From IMG/VR virus record IMGVR_UViG_3300016486_001479: a stretch of DNA of 64,000 nt; one strand, given 5' to 3'. The notes under the pieces were generated by a model that did not search any database, had not been told where the DNA came from, and saw only the letters and a program-made list of their open reading frames with translations. This document shows, in pieces, positions 10,503-20,513 of the stretch. Source of the DNA: an uncultured virus (IMG/VR IMGVR_UViG_3300016486_001479) (lineage: Duplodnaviria > Heunggongvirae > Uroviricota > Caudoviricetes). The position numbers were made by a program, and so were the translations under genes. Each line of letters starts with the position of its first letter. Within the stretch, counting starts at the first letter, position 1.

Positions 10503-12548
10503 ATGGCAGGACGAGCATTTTCTCAAGACCCTGATGACGATGAAAAAGGGATGGGCCCTTCTTTCACAGAGGGTTCCACGCAGGTATTAGAACATTTTGG
10601 TAGAGACCTAACGCTGCTAGCAGCAAAAGGAGAACTCGACCCTGTAATAGGGCGAGAAGAAGAAATCGACATGATGGTCCAAATTCTCAACAAAAGAAAG
10701 AAGAATAACCCCATAATCGTAGGAGAGGCTGGAACAGGAAAAACAGCATTAGTCGAAGGGCTGGCTTTGCGAATCGTAAATCGCAAAACTGATAGATGGT
10801 TACTCAATAAAAGAATTATTGAATTAAATTTGTCCTCCTTGGTCGGAGGAACAAAGTACCGTGGCCAGTTCGAAGAGCGAATGAAGGCTATTATTGACGA
10901 AGCAGTAAAAAATGACGATGTTATCATATTTATTGATGAAATTCACAATCTCATGGGAGCTGGTGGTGCATCTGGTTCAATGGATGCATCTCAAATCATT
11001 AAACCAGAGCTAGCTCGTGGTACAATGCGTGTTATTGGAGCAACAACTTTAGAGGAACACAAAAAAACAATTGCTAATGACTCAGCGCTTGATAGAAGAT
11101 TTCAGAAAGTCATGCTGTCGGTTCCAACTGCGAAGCAGACGGTTGAAATTCTAAAACAAATAAAGGAACGCTATGAAGATTATCACGGCGTATCATTTTC
11201 AGACGAAACATTAGAATTTATAGTTGAGCTGTCAGATAGATATATTAACTACAGGAATTTCCCAGATAAAGCAATAGATGTCTTAGATGAAGTCGGCTCA
11301 AAAGCAAAGCTTGGATTTAGAGAAATACCTAAAGACCTAAAAGATGCCGAAGAAGGTCTTCAAGAGATTGAACAAGATAAGAAAAAAGCCGTAGCGAAGC
11401 AGCAATATGAAGTCGCAGCAAAACTTCGCGATAAAGAGCGAAGCACTAAGCAGAACATCCAGAATATGACTGAAAAATGGAAGCAGTCCTTAAAAGATGA
11501 CAAACAACCTATCACAAAAAAAGACGTAGCAGCAATCATCGCATCCCACACAGGTATACCTGTGTCTAAGCTTACAGATAATGAAAGCAATAAGCTCTTG
11601 AAAATGCAAACATACCTTTCAGATAGAGTCATCGGACAGAAAGTAGCTATTGAAAAAATTTGTGAGGCAGTCCAAAGGTCTCGCGTAGGCATACAGGACC
11701 CAAACAAACCAATTGCATCTTTATTGTTTTTAGGTTCAACAGGAGTAGGTAAGACATACTTAAGCAAAATGCTAGCTGAGTACATGTTTGACCTCCCAGA
11801 GTCTTTCATTAGGTTTGATATGAGTGAATACATGGAGAAGATATCGGTCGCTAAGTTGATTGGGTCTCCCCCTGGTTACATTGGCCATGAAGACAAGGGT
11901 TTGTTGACTGAAAAAATTAAGAACCAACCTTACTCCATACTATTGTTTGATGAAATAGAGAAAGCGCATCCAGACGTATTCAATATTATGCTTCAAATTT
12001 TTGACGAAGGCAAACTGACGGATAATCATGGGCAAGAGATTAACTTTAAAAACACTGTCATCATTATGACATCAAATATTGGAACTGATAAGCTGTTTAA
12101 GAATAAATCACTTGGATTTGCTGCAAAAGAAACAGAGCAAGAAGATATTGAGAAACTTATCATGGGAGAGCTTGGAAATTTTTTCAGACCAGAGCTAATC
12201 AACCGCATTGACGAGAAAATAATCTTCATGCCACTTACAAAGGACGAGATAATGGACATTGTTAGCTTGGAACTACAAGTTGTTATAAGCAGAATTGAAC
12301 AAAGAGGTTATAAGGTTAAAGTGTCAGACAGTGTGAAAGATTTCATAGCAGACGTAGGTTATGATAAGAAGTTTGGAGCAAGACCCCTTAAAAGAGCTAT
12401 AACATCACATTTGGAGAACACTTTTGCGCAAGCTGTCCTCAAGGGCGAAATAAAAGAAGGAGCCTCAATAACCTTCTCTTATAGAGAGAAAGATAAAAAG
12501 GTGTTTATCCAAAAAAGAAATACGAATGCTAAAAATAAAGCCGAATAA
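10503..12548 (+). CDS. ClpC/ClpA-like double-AAA+ ATPase lacking the N-terminal Clp repeat domain
   Basis: LDPVIGR, GEAGTGKT, FIDEIH, UVR-like middle (QQYEVAAKLRD), [26 protein letters not shown]. Confidence 0.92.
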   Translation: MAGRAFSQDPDDDEKGMGPSFTEGSTQVLEHFGRDLTLLAAKGELDPVIGREEEIDMMVQILNKRKKNNPIIVGEAGTGKTALVEGLALRIVNRKTDRWLLNKRIIELNLSSLVGGTKYRGQFEERMKAIIDEAVKNDDVIIFIDEIHNLMGAGGASGSMDASQIIKPELARGTMRVIGATTLEEHKKTIANDSALDRRFQKVMLSVPTAKQTVEILKQIKERYEDYHGVSFSDETLEFIVELSDRYINYRNFPDKAIDVLDEVGSKAKLGFREIPKDLKDAEEGLQEIEQDKKKAVAKQQYEVAAKLRDKERSTKQNIQNMTEKWKQSLKDDKQPITKKDVAAIIASHTGIPVSKLTDNESNKLLKMQTYLSDRVIGQKVAIEKICEAVQRSRVGIQDPNKPIASLLFLGSTGVGKTYLSKMLAEYMFDLPESFIRFDMSEYMEKISVAKLIGSPPGYIGHEDKGLLTEKIKNQPYSILLFDEIEKAHPDVFNIMLQIFDEGKLTDNHGQEINFKNTVIIMTSNIGTDKLFKNKSLGFAAKETEQEDIEKLIMGELGNFFRPELINRIDEKIIFMPLTKDEIMDIVSLELQVVISRIEQRGYKVKVSDSVKDFIADVGYDKKFGARPLKRAITSHLENTFAQAVLKGEIKEGASITFSYREKDKKVFIQKRNTNAKNKAE

Positions 12549-13065
12549 CGTACTAGAGTTTGACGGGCAGACAGTAAAGCTGGGTGGCGATGAGCTACCC
12601 AGCTTTTTACTGGCAAATCTATCAGAGAAAACATTTATCGACCCAGGAGTGACTGTAGCGGAGATAATGAACTTAATGTTTCACATAAAGGACTTTATTG
12701 AAAATTATACTTGCGAGGATTACTATGTGGTGAACACCGTTTACTCCGCTATGGATATGTCTTTTTTTCAAGATGTTTCTAATATCACAGTCAGGAGAGA
12801 AATAGTTGTATCTCACGAAAATGAAGTAATAAATCCTTTTTTTGCAGACTTCACCCTCAAAGAAGGAGAAGAGCCTAGAAAGATGTTTCGAGACTTAACC
12901 TTAGATATAAACACGCGCTTTTCTATAAAGAACCACGACGGTGTCATTATTCTTTCAGACCTTAATCAGAGCTTTTCATTTTTAGAGTTGATAGTTTTCG
13001 TTTTCGATGAACTCTATTATACCGCAACGAGTAAGAGCGAAGATGCGACCCCAATAGAAATGTAA
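12526..13065 (+). CDS. hypothetical protein
   Basis: 179-aa ORF overlapping ClpC end. Confidence 0.6.
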   Translation: MLKIKPNNVLEFDGQTVKLGGDELPSFLLANLSEKTFIDPGVTVAEIMNLMFHIKDFIENYTCEDYYVVNTVYSAMDMSFFQDVSNITVRREIVVSHENEVINPFFADFTLKEGEEPRKMFRDLTLDINTRFSIKNHDGVIILSDLNQSFSFLELIVFVFDELYYTATSKSEDATPIEM

Positions 13066-13822
13066 ACACCAGACTCATAACCATCAACATTGTTGTTGGC
13101 AGATGGATAAAGTATCCTTTAAACAGTTCAAACGACTCGTGGCTATCGGCAGTTATTAGTAAGTAGTCAAAAGTCCCGTGATACATCATTCCTCCAAAAA
13201 AACCAATTAAGGGATAGAGAATCTTCCTAAACCCAGACTTAATGCTACCTACAGCAAAACCATAGCCCATAATTAATCCTGCTATCATGTGTGAGGTGAC
13301 TGAAAAAATACTACGTTGAGACATTAAATATTGAGTAGCAACATCTCCTTGAGCAGGAAGGAATCTCATGGCATAGGTAACATTTTCAAAAATTGCAAAC
13401 CCCACAGCCACGCAACAACTATAAAACATGATTGCGAACAAAGAGTCCTTCTCTTTCCGTAGCTTGTGACGTCTAGGCAGTGAAGTAAGTTTAAAAGCTG
13501 CCCCCTTAATAATTTCTTCTAGCAAAGCAATTTGAATGAAAGCTAAACACACCCAACTCCACACGGTAGGAGAGTAGTTTACTTGCATTGTATTAAAATC
13601 AATCTCCACCAAATCTTTATTCACGAACATTAAGTCTTGAATATGTGGGAAAATAAACTGAATCATTTCTACAAAAAAAATGGACACAAATCCGAAAAGG
13701 AGATATATGATAGATGATTTCCAGTTGATTAGTTTTCGACCAAAAAAGTAGATAAAACCCAAATAACTTAACGCTGGGACAGTTGCTGCTAAAAACAAGT
13801 GTAGATTAGTATCTTCGAACAT
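12962..13822 (-). CDS. PrsW-family intramembrane glutamic protease
   Basis: ALLEEIIK, GFAIFEN, H..., HGTFD motifs in a multi-TM protein. Confidence 0.85.
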   Translation of the reverse strand: MFEDTNLHLFLAATVPALSYLGFIYFFGRKLINWKSSIIYLLFGFVSIFFVEMIQFIFPHIQDLMFVNKDLVEIDFNTMQVNYSPTVWSWVCLAFIQIALLEEIIKGAAFKLTSLPRRHKLRKEKDSLFAIMFYSCCVAVGFAIFENVTYAMRFLPAQGDVATQYLMSQRSIFSVTSHMIAGLIMGYGFAVGSIKSGFRKILYPLIGFFGGMMYHGTFDYLLITADSHESFELFKGYFIHLPTTMLMVMSLVFTFLLGSHLRSYSLRYNRVHRKRKLSTLKMKSSD

Positions 13823-13825
13823 ACA

Positions 13826-14101
13826 TCAGTCTTGAAACTTTCTCAACTGAGCCACAAAAGCTTTTTCAACTTCTTTATCAACGCTTTCTGGAACAAACCC
13901 CTTGACAACGCCTGTCTTCTTTTTCCAATCATCGCCATCAATTTCAGACTCGTCTGTATAATAATCTAAAATACTGTTGATAAGGCAAGCCATTTCAAGC
14001 ATGCTTACTTCTCCCGATTCTTCTATTTGAAATTCCGTAGTCTGCGGAGTTTGTGGCGCATCAGGTGCGCTATCTGGTTGTTCTTGCTTCTCGCTCATCA
14101 C
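13826..14101 (-). CDS. hypothetical acidic protein
   Basis: 91-aa ORF. Confidence 0.6.
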   Translation of the reverse strand: MMSEKQEQPDSAPDAPQTPQTTEFQIEESGEVSMLEMACLINSILDYYTDESEIDGDDWKKKTGVVKGFVPESVDKEVEKAFVAQLRKFQD

Positions 14102-14252
14102 TTTTCTTTTCTATAAATATGAATCTATAACGATAATATCTAAAGACTCATAAATTATTCCACCGCTGTAATCTTTTAACCCTAATAGTCAGATAGTTAT
14201 AAGAAAAGTATATTTTTTTTGCAATTATGCTTGTGGTTTCCAAAAACATAAT

Positions 14253-14260
14253 TATATTTG
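14253..14260 (+). promoter_or_regulatory. Bacteroidota-type housekeeping promoter -7 box (TAnnTTTG)
   Basis: TATATTTG here; TATCTTTG at 1041, 19561, 30059, 38759. Precedes the RNA clusters. Confidence 0.65.
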
Positions 14261-14352
14261 CAGAGCGATTGAACGAGAGACGAGTTTCTAAAATTTGTCC
14301 CTATTTAATTTCACTGGTAGGAACAACGGTTCCGATTGCCATATTGAAATAC

Positions 14353-14428
14353 AACTTAAGGTAAGAATGGTAAAGAGAGTTACTTCATTTCCACATTTAA
14401 CAATTTTTTCCAAAATATACCAAGAGTT
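14353..14428 (+). ncRNA. Y-RNA-like element 1 (GTTACTTC stem family, divergent)
   Basis: GGTA..TGG.AAAGAGAGTTACTTC...TTTTTTCCA..TACC stem upstream of Ro60. Confidence 0.5.
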
Positions 14429-14431
14429 TAC

Positions 14432-14710
14432 GACTTTCAGAGTGTTGAGAGGTGTGAACGTTTTTGACGTTTCCTAGGGGTTACTTCAACTATAAACAAA
14501 CAAGCAAACAGGCTTTTTTGGAATAGTCGAAAGACCGTTTCGAAAAGACCATAAACAGAAACCCAGACACCAAGGATAGACTTGGATTTTCAGCCATTAA
14601 TGAGCTGGTGACGGATTGGAACAGTACAATCACGATTACGGTAGACCGTATGACCGAAAGAGAAAGAACTTTCAACCTTATCACCCCCCTCTATTTTACC
14701 TCGAACAGTT
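14432..14710 (+). ncRNA. Y-RNA-like element 2 (long, ~280 nt)
   Basis: TTCAGAGTGTTGAGAGG...GGGGTTACTTC pairs with CACCCCCCTCTATTTTACCTCGAA; large internal domain. Confidence 0.6.
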
Positions 14711-14713
14711 ATT

Positions 14714-14793
14714 TGCCTTACGGTGTTAAGGAGATGAGTTACTTCAACTACAAATAGAAAAACCACTCTCTCCAGGATTACCCGACCAAGGCA
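14714..14793 (+). ncRNA. Y-RNA-like element 3
   Basis: TGCCTT-ACGGTGTTAAGGAGATGAGTTACTTC...CACTCTCTCCAGGATTACCCG-ACC-AAGGCA. Confidence 0.65.
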
Positions 14794-14805
14794 TTATATT
14801 TTTCG

Positions 14806-14843
14806 AAAAAGCACCCTCTGCAAAGATGTGGTGCTTTTTTTTT
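14806..14843 (+). terminator. intrinsic terminator between Y-like RNAs and Ro60
   Basis: AAAAAGCACC...GGTGC followed by T8. Confidence 0.65.
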
Positions 14844-14897
14844 ATGCGCCAAAAACAAAGAATTAATAGAATAACAACAATTATAAACAACGACGAG

Positions 14898-16418
14898 ATG
14901 TCAAAATTTAACGAAAAATCAAAGGTAGAAATGACTACCAACAAAGCGGGAGGAGAGGCTTATAAGTCGACTCCAGAGTTAGAGCTTGTGACGATTCTGT
15001 TGAACTCGTTTGTGTCTGATGACTTCTATTCGAAGGCAGGAGACCAAATAAAGGAGTTGACATCCGTTCTTAGCAAAGTGGACCCAGAGTTCGCAGCAAA
15101 GGCGGCTGTCTATGCCCGTAACGAGTTTGGAATGCGTTCTATCACCCACGTACTTGCGGGTGAAATCGCTAAGCACGCCTCAGGTAAGGCCTGGGCTAAA
15201 GAGTTTTACGCAGCTATTGTACGTCGTCCAGACGACATGACTGAGATTATGTCCTACTACTTCGGTAGAGAGGGTAAGAAAGCATCTTTGCCAAACGCGC
15301 TAAAGAAAGGTTTCAAGAAAGCTTTCGGAAAGTTCGATGCATACCAGCTTGCCAAGTACAGAGGAGACAAGAATGAAGTATCGCTTGTTGACGTTGTAAA
15401 CTTGGTTCGTCCAAAAGGAACGGCTAGAAACGAGAAGGCACTTGCCGAGCTTGTTGCTGGAACCCTAAAGAGTGAAAACACTTTCGAGTCTAAGCTGTCC
15501 GCAGCTGGCCAGGGAGCGAAGACCTCTGAGGAGAAAGCCGCAAACAAAGCTGAGGCTTGGTCTGACTTGGTTATGTCAGGTAAGATTGGACAGTTTGCTC
15601 TTCTAAGAAACCTTAGAAACATCATCCAAGATGCTTCTGACGAGGTTCTTAACAAGGCATGCGAGCTGTTGACTACAGAGGCAAGAATTAAGAAGTCACT
15701 GATTCTTCCATTCAGATACATCACTGCACTCGACGAGATTACAGTGTTGACTGGAACAAAGTCTAAGAAAGTTCAAAGAGCGCTTAACACCGCCGTAGAC
15801 CTAGCTTGTTCTAACATTCCAAAGTTTGATGGAAACACTGCAGTCGTAATTGACCTGTCAGGTTCTATGGATTGCCCAATTGCTGGAGGTAAAACTTACA
15901 GGAATAAAGTGGCAGCTCTATTTGGAGCCATGATGGCCAAGGCTAGTGATGCTGATGTAATGTCGTTTGGAACACACGCAATGTACCTTCCAGTTAACGT
16001 GAATGACTCAGTAATGGGTATGGCAAACTGGATTGTTGATACAAACCAAGGCTACGGCAACGTTGGCAAGTACAGGGTTGGTCACGGAACGAACTTCCAA
16101 GACATCTTCGTTAAGATGAAGGCGAAATACGACCGTGTATTCATCTTCTCGGACATGCAAGCGTGGATGGAGTACAATACTCCAAAAACTCAGTTTGCAG
16201 CGTACAAGAAGAAGTACGGTGCTCAGGACTGTAAAGTTTACGAGTTCAACTTGGCTGCAAGCGGAAGCATGCAGTTCCCAGAGAAGAACGTATTCGCGCT
16301 AAGAGGATTCTCTGAAAAGATTTTTGATGTCATTGACAATCTAGAAGTCGACAAAAGAGCGCTTATCAACACTATCAACAATTATGTTGATTTTGCTGAG
16401 CTTGCAACTAAGGAATAA
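14898..16418 (+). CDS. rsr: Ro60/TROVE-domain RNA-binding protein with vWA domain
   Basis: TTNKAGGEAY, YARNEFGMRS, FDAYQLAKY, ALLRNLRNI, ILPFRY, VIDLSGSM (MIDAS), GTNF, IFSDMQ, GFSEKIF. Confidence 0.93.
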   Translation: MSKFNEKSKVEMTTNKAGGEAYKSTPELELVTILLNSFVSDDFYSKAGDQIKELTSVLSKVDPEFAAKAAVYARNEFGMRSITHVLAGEIAKHASGKAWAKEFYAAIVRRPDDMTEIMSYYFGREGKKASLPNALKKGFKKAFGKFDAYQLAKYRGDKNEVSLVDVVNLVRPKGTARNEKALAELVAGTLKSENTFESKLSAAGQGAKTSEEKAANKAEAWSDLVMSGKIGQFALLRNLRNIIQDASDEVLNKACELLTTEARIKKSLILPFRYITALDEITVLTGTKSKKVQRALNTAVDLACSNIPKFDGNTAVVIDLSGSMDCPIAGGKTYRNKVAALFGAMMAKASDADVMSFGTHAMYLPVNVNDSVMGMANWIVDTNQGYGNVGKYRVGHGTNFQDIFVKMKAKYDRVFIFSDMQAWMEYNTPKTQFAAYKKKYGAQDCKVYEFNLAASGSMQFPEKNVFALRGFSEKIFDVIDNLEVDKRALINTINNYVDFAELATKE

Positions 16419-16521
16419 GGGATAATAGTACTTGTGGCAAACGTGTATCCCCGAAAAACACATCGGTTCACCTACGGGTGGATGCCAATCACTTAGGTCA
16501 CACAAGGATTAAAAGCTTTTA

Positions 16522-16558
16522 GAAAACCCTGTCGATTAATTTTGGCAGGGTTTTCTTT
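16522..16558. terminator. probable bidirectional terminator
   Basis: AAAACCCTGTC...GGCAGGGTTTT between convergent genes. Confidence 0.6.
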
Positions 16559-17130
16559 ACTTTTACATCGATGTAGAGTATTCTTCTTTATGAGAAAAGG
16601 ANNNNNNNNNNNNNNNNNNNNNNNNNNNNNNNNNNNNNNNNNNNNNNNNNNNNNNNNNNNNNNNNNNNNNNNNNNNNNNNNNNNNNNNNNNNNNNNNNNN
16701 NNNNNNNNNNNNNNNNNNNNNNNNNNNNNNNNNNNNNNNNNNNNNNNNNNNNNNNNNNNNNNNNNNNNNNNNNNNNNNNNNNNNNNNNNNNNNNNNNNNN
16801 NNNNNNNNNNNNNNNNNNNNNNNNNNNNNNNNNNNNNNNNNNNNNNNNNNNNNNNNNNNNNNNNNNNNNNNNNNNNNNNNNNNNNNNNNNNNNNNNNNNN
16901 NNNNNNNNNNNNNNNNNNNNNNNNNNNNNNNNNNNNNNNNNNNNNNNNNNNNNNNNNNNNNNNNNNNNNNNNNNNNNNNNNNNNNNNNNNNNNNNNNNNN
17001 NNNNNNNNNNNNNNNNNNNNNNNNNNNNNNNNNNNNNNNNNNNNNNNNNNNNNNNNNNNNNNNNNNNNNNNNNNNNNNNNNNNNNNNNNNNNNNNNNNNN
17101 NNNNNNNNNNNNNNNNNNNNNNNNNNNNNN

Positions 17131-17530
17131 CTGAATAATCATCGTGATATGTGTCAGCATCATCAAAGGTCGGCTTCCCTCCCCCAGGGTGCGAGTGGCC
17201 TCCATATGGCGGATAATAACCTCCGCTAGGGTATTGAGCTTCGTGCTGGTAGTCATTTGATATTCCAGTTTGTTTATCCCTAAAAGCACCAATGCCTTTA
17301 CCGCCAAGAACATAGAGTCCAAACGTACCTAAAGCCCATCTCAAGTTCTCAGACACCACAAGAAGTGTGTCTTTATCCTCTAGAGTATAATTCGTAATAG
17401 CACAAAATGCTAAAATGACATTCAAGAGAAAAAAAACACCAAAGGAAACGAACAAGTAGATACGACCCTGGCTGTACTTTGTCCGCCCTTTACTGGTCTC
17501 AGTAAGCATGTCCTTTAGGATTCTGCTCAT
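17131..17530 (-). CDS. two-TM holin-like membrane protein (3' end lost in N gap)
   Basis: KYSQGRIYLF + two hydrophobic segments, then Gly/Tyr/Pro-rich tail. Confidence 0.5.
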
Positions 17531-17796
17531 TTTTTATCTTGCGTTTTAAGCTTGTATGTAACCTTGTAATATGTGCTGTATAGCTGAGCAGCATTTAAAA
17601 ACCACCAACCAACAGCTATTGCTGAGCCGCCTATTTTCCAACCAACACTTGGAAAATCTTTAATGCATGAGAAAATGGCATAAGTCACAAGTGCTGTAAC
17701 AAGAACAAGTCTCCATTTTTTAGACTTGCTCAAGAGTGTGAAGTCCCAGAAATCTTTTGTAAAAAGGTCTCGCCAGAATTGTTTAAAAGCTTTCAT
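17527..17796 (-). CDS. small membrane protein
   Basis: Two hydrophobic segments; coupled to next gene. Confidence 0.6.
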   Translation of the reverse strand: MKAFKQFWRDLFTKDFWDFTLLSKSKKWRLVLVTALVTYAIFSCIKDFPSVGWKIGGSAIAVGWWFLNAAQLYSTYYKVTYKLKTQDKK

Positions 17797-17896
17797 GTAT
17801 TTCGTTTTTAATAAATAGCCTGTAAAGAAATAGTGGTTTCCAAACTATTGATTTATGTAACTTTTTTTATATATTACCGTATATATAAAAATCAAA

Positions 17897-18118
17897 ATGG
17901 AAAATCCAATTAAAGAAAACAGAATAATAAACGACAAAACATTTGCAAGACGACTTAAATCTCACTTACAAGAAACGAAAGCAAGCTGTGCAATGGGAGA
18001 AGAAGAAATTGAATATCTAAAAACAGTTGCGGAAAAACTATTAAGATATCAAATAGAAACTTCTCCGAAAGACGAGCAACAGTACCACTCAGACTGTGAC
18101 GAAAAAACAAAATCTTAA
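17897..18118 (+). CDS. hypothetical protein
   Basis: 73-aa ORF after promoter motif. Confidence 0.55.
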   Translation: MENPIKENRIINDKTFARRLKSHLQETKASCAMGEEEIEYLKTVAEKLLRYQIETSPKDEQQYHSDCDEKTKS

Positions 18119-18172
18119 CTGTATCTTAGCATTTATTTTAAAGCTGCAATCAGCTAAAAACTTTTCCTCATT

Positions 18173-18382
18173 ATGAGAATAGAAAATATAAAAGAAGTTG
18201 AATCGGAAATAGAAAGATTTCTAAAAAGATTGAAAGAATTCAAAAAAAGTGATTCAAATAAACACCTTTTTGAAAAAAACCCCAAACATTCCTGGATTAG
18301 AGGAGACAAAACTTCTGGAGCCTTAAAAAGAGCGTCTTTAGACTTAACAAGGTCTTTATCTAAAATGAGAATCGATACCTAA
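18173..18382 (+). CDS. hypothetical protein
   Basis: 69-aa ORF. Confidence 0.55.
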   Translation: MRIENIKEVESEIERFLKRLKEFKKSDSNKHLFEKNPKHSWIRGDKTSGALKRASLDLTRSLSKMRIDT

Positions 18383-18570
18383 CGCTGCATGACCAATAAA
18401 ATTAAACAATTATTAATTGATTGTGCAAACTTCATACAGCCTTGGGATGATGGAGGCAATGAGGCTGAAAGATTAATAAAAAGAATAGACGAAGCCTTGA
18501 AGGAAGAGTAAAATTACCAACAAACGCTATCTACCAGGAGCTCAAACCCTGGCAATGTGAATAAAATTAT

Positions 18571-19041
18571 ATGAAAAACTTAAGACCAATCATAGACATA
18601 GACATGGACCATTGTGCAGTTGATTTTGCGAAAGGTACATCAGAGTGGCGAAAAAGACATCTTGATGAACAGTTCCCACATTCACATTTGGATTTCTGGA
18701 TTAATCTTGACCCTATGTTTGGATTTATGGAGGCTTACGAAAAACTTAAAGACCACTACGACATTAAATTTCTGACAGCTCCTTCAATTCGAAACAATGC
18801 CTGTTGGACAGGAAAAGCAATGTGGGTCCAAAAACACTTTGGGGAATCATTTCTAAAAGAACTTACGATTACATCCTACAAAGGAAGACTCTCTGGAGCA
18901 GCGCTTGTTGATGATGGAAACGAACACGGTCAGCCAGATTACGGTGGTGAACACATCCATTATGGCCACGATGAAAGATTTACAAACTGGAGTGACATAA
19001 CATTACACCTACTACAAAAAGCAAATGAGCGCAAAGAATAG
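18571..19041 (+). CDS. 5'(3')-deoxyribonucleotidase (HAD/NT5C-like)
   Basis: IDIDMD..VDF, FLTAP, K..WVQKHFG, LVDD. Confidence 0.85.
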   Translation: MKNLRPIIDIDMDHCAVDFAKGTSEWRKRHLDEQFPHSHLDFWINLDPMFGFMEAYEKLKDHYDIKFLTAPSIRNNACWTGKAMWVQKHFGESFLKELTITSYKGRLSGAALVDDGNEHGQPDYGGEHIHYGHDERFTNWSDITLHLLQKANERKE

Positions 19042-19318
19042 ACCTAAATTCAAAGAGCTGGAATCAGCGTTGAATGAATTAAATCTCAAAACGGAGGCAA
19101 CTACGGTTGTTGATTTGAGGAAAAAAACCGCTGCGGCACTAGATGAAGCAGAAGCAAGCGCGAAAAACGACAAATCTTTCGCGGAAGTGTTAAAGAAAAA
19201 CATAGTTCCTTTGGGGTTGATTGCAGGAGCAGTCGCTCTATACTCCCTAGATAAGAGTGGTGGTGGATGGTTGTTATTCTTCCTACTCCTTCACGGGGTA
19301 AGCAATTATGATTGGTAA
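19025..19318 (+). CDS. small membrane protein
   Basis: C-terminal hydrophobic segments. Confidence 0.55.
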   Translation: MSAKNRPKFKELESALNELNLKTEATTVVDLRKKTAAALDEAEASAKNDKSFAEVLKKNIVPLGLIAGAVALYSLDKSGGGWLLFFLLLHGVSNYDW

Positions 19319-19677
19319 AAAACAAAGACGCATTGCTGCCAGTATTGCAGCTTCCTTTGTCAGGTACTTGTTAGCGGACTAGGAGCAGACAACACTGACG
19401 AAAAGAGTCCGTTCCGAGTATAAAAAAAGAAGAGGAGTTGCAATAAATACAGAATTTGAGAGTAATGATGAAATCTCTGAAAACACAAAGGGAATGGACT
19501 TCTCAGGGCTGTCGGATGATTTATTTTCAAAAAAAGATTGAAATAAGTGAAACTTTTTTATATCTTTGTCGTAGATTGTATTGAGAGCCAACTCTACAGC
19601 CTGACAAAATGACATCTAATATCAGATGGCACGGAAGTTGAAGAAGTAGGTTCAGAAACAAACAAAAAATAAGAGTC

Positions 19678-20097
19678 ATGAAAAAAGCATTAGACAACCA
19701 GTAAGTACACCCTTCTACAGAGAAGAAAAACTTAAAGCTTTACATCGTCGTAAGACGAGACCTCGCTCCTGGAGCGCAGGCAACTCAAGGAATGCATTCA
19801 TTCCACGTATTCAATCAAGAATACACAGCCATTTATGAAAAATGGTTATCGAATCCATATTTAGGATTCTTATCAGTCAAAGACGAGCAAGAACTCATCG
19901 AGCTCCGAGACAAACTCACGCAAAAAGGTATTAATTTCAGTTCCTTCCAGGAGCCTGACCTCGACAACCAGTTCACGTCTATTACCGTAGAACCAGGGAA
20001 AGAATCTGCCCGTTGGTTATCTAGTCTACCACTTGCTTTCAAAGAATTTACGAATCAACCAACTCTCAAGAGTTGTAATTGTAAAGAAGCCGCATGA
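19678..20097 (+). CDS. PTH2-like peptidyl-tRNA hydrolase with in-frame TAA at codon 9
   Basis: ATG 19678: MKKALDNQ*VHPSTEKKNLKLYIVVRRDLAPGAQATQGMH...FQEPDLDNQFTSI...LSSLPL. The conserved KLYIVVRRDL lies upstream of the ORF-track start 19792 in the same frame. Confidence 0.75.
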
Positions 20098-20118
20098 TGA
20101 TGCAGGTTTCCATATCAC

Positions 20119-20165
20119 GGTGCGAGAGCTTTTGGCTCATGGGACATTCGATTGTCCCCGCACCA
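20119..20165 (+). ncRNA. mini-tRNA-like element, family A copy 1
   Basis: GGTGCG/CGCACC stem, one hairpin GAGC/GCTC, T-like arm GGGACA-TTCGAT-TGTCCC. Confidence 0.65.
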
Positions 20166-20169
20166 CTAC

Positions 20170-20218
20170 GGCGGATGCATAAGCACCAGTTCAGGTTAAA
20201 GTCCTGAATCCGCCACCA
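20170..20218 (+). ncRNA. mini-tRNA-like element, family B copy 1
   Basis: GGCGGA-TGCATAAGCACCAG-TTCAGG-TTAAAGT-CCTGAA-TCCGCC-ACCA. Confidence 0.7.
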
Positions 20219-20292
20219 GACGGGATAGCTCAGCGGTTAGAGCACCAGGCCTTAAAAACCTGGGGACGAGAGTTCGAATCTTTCTCCTGTCA
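20219..20292 (+). tRNA. tRNA with 9-nt anticodon loop CCTTAAAAA (identity uncertain)
   Basis: Full cloverleaf; anticodon stem CCAGG/CCTGG. Confidence 0.75.
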
Positions 20293-20300
20293 CAACAAAA

Positions 20301-20312
20301 GTTCATTGACGT
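20301..20312 (+). promoter_or_regulatory. boxA-like antitermination element
   Basis: GTTCATTGACGT; relatives GTTCTTTGACAT at 39119 and 62984, GCTCTTTGACGT at 37575. Confidence 0.6.
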
Positions 20313-20328
20313 GTTGGAATTTAAAAAA

Positions 20329-20382
20329 GGCGTGAGAGTCCATTAGGGATTCGCGGGAGATTCGTTTCTTCCCACGCCACCA
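20329..20382 (+). ncRNA. mini-tRNA-like element, family A copy 2
   Basis: GGCGTG-A-GAGTCC/GGATTC-GC-GGGAGA-TTCGTT-TCTTCC-CACGCC-ACCA. Confidence 0.7.
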
Positions 20383-20383
20383 C

Positions 20384-20429
20384 GGCCCCTGCATTAGCAC
20401 TAGAGGAAGAGAAAGTCTTCCTGGGGCCT
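20384..20429 (+). ncRNA. mini-tRNA-like element, family B copy 2
   Basis: GGCCCC-TGCATTAGCACTAG-AGGAAG-AGAAAGT-CTTCCT-GGGGCC. Confidence 0.65.
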
Positions 20430-20432
20430 CTT

Positions 20433-20512
20433 GGTGAGGTAGCTCAGTTGGTTCAGAGCACCAGGCTTTAAAACCCTGGAGGTCGAAGGTTCAAGTCCTT
20501 CCCTCACCACCA
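20433..20512 (+). tRNA. tRNA with 9-nt anticodon loop CTTTAAAAC (possible UUA suppressor-like)
   Basis: Cloverleaf with fully paired stems and encoded CCA. Confidence 0.8.
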
Positions 20513-20513
20513 C

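Noticed and set aside
10523..12259. Antisense ORFs within the Clp genes (also within Ro60 and clpB)
   Set aside because: Shadow frames of strongly conserved sense genes
16420..16510. Possible additional Y RNA downstream of Ro60
   Set aside because: Some pairing (CTTGTG/CACAAG) but lacks the GTTACTTC family motif; insufficient support
16493..17322. ORFs spanning the N run (also 35674-36122)
   Set aside because: Mostly X residues from assembly gaps
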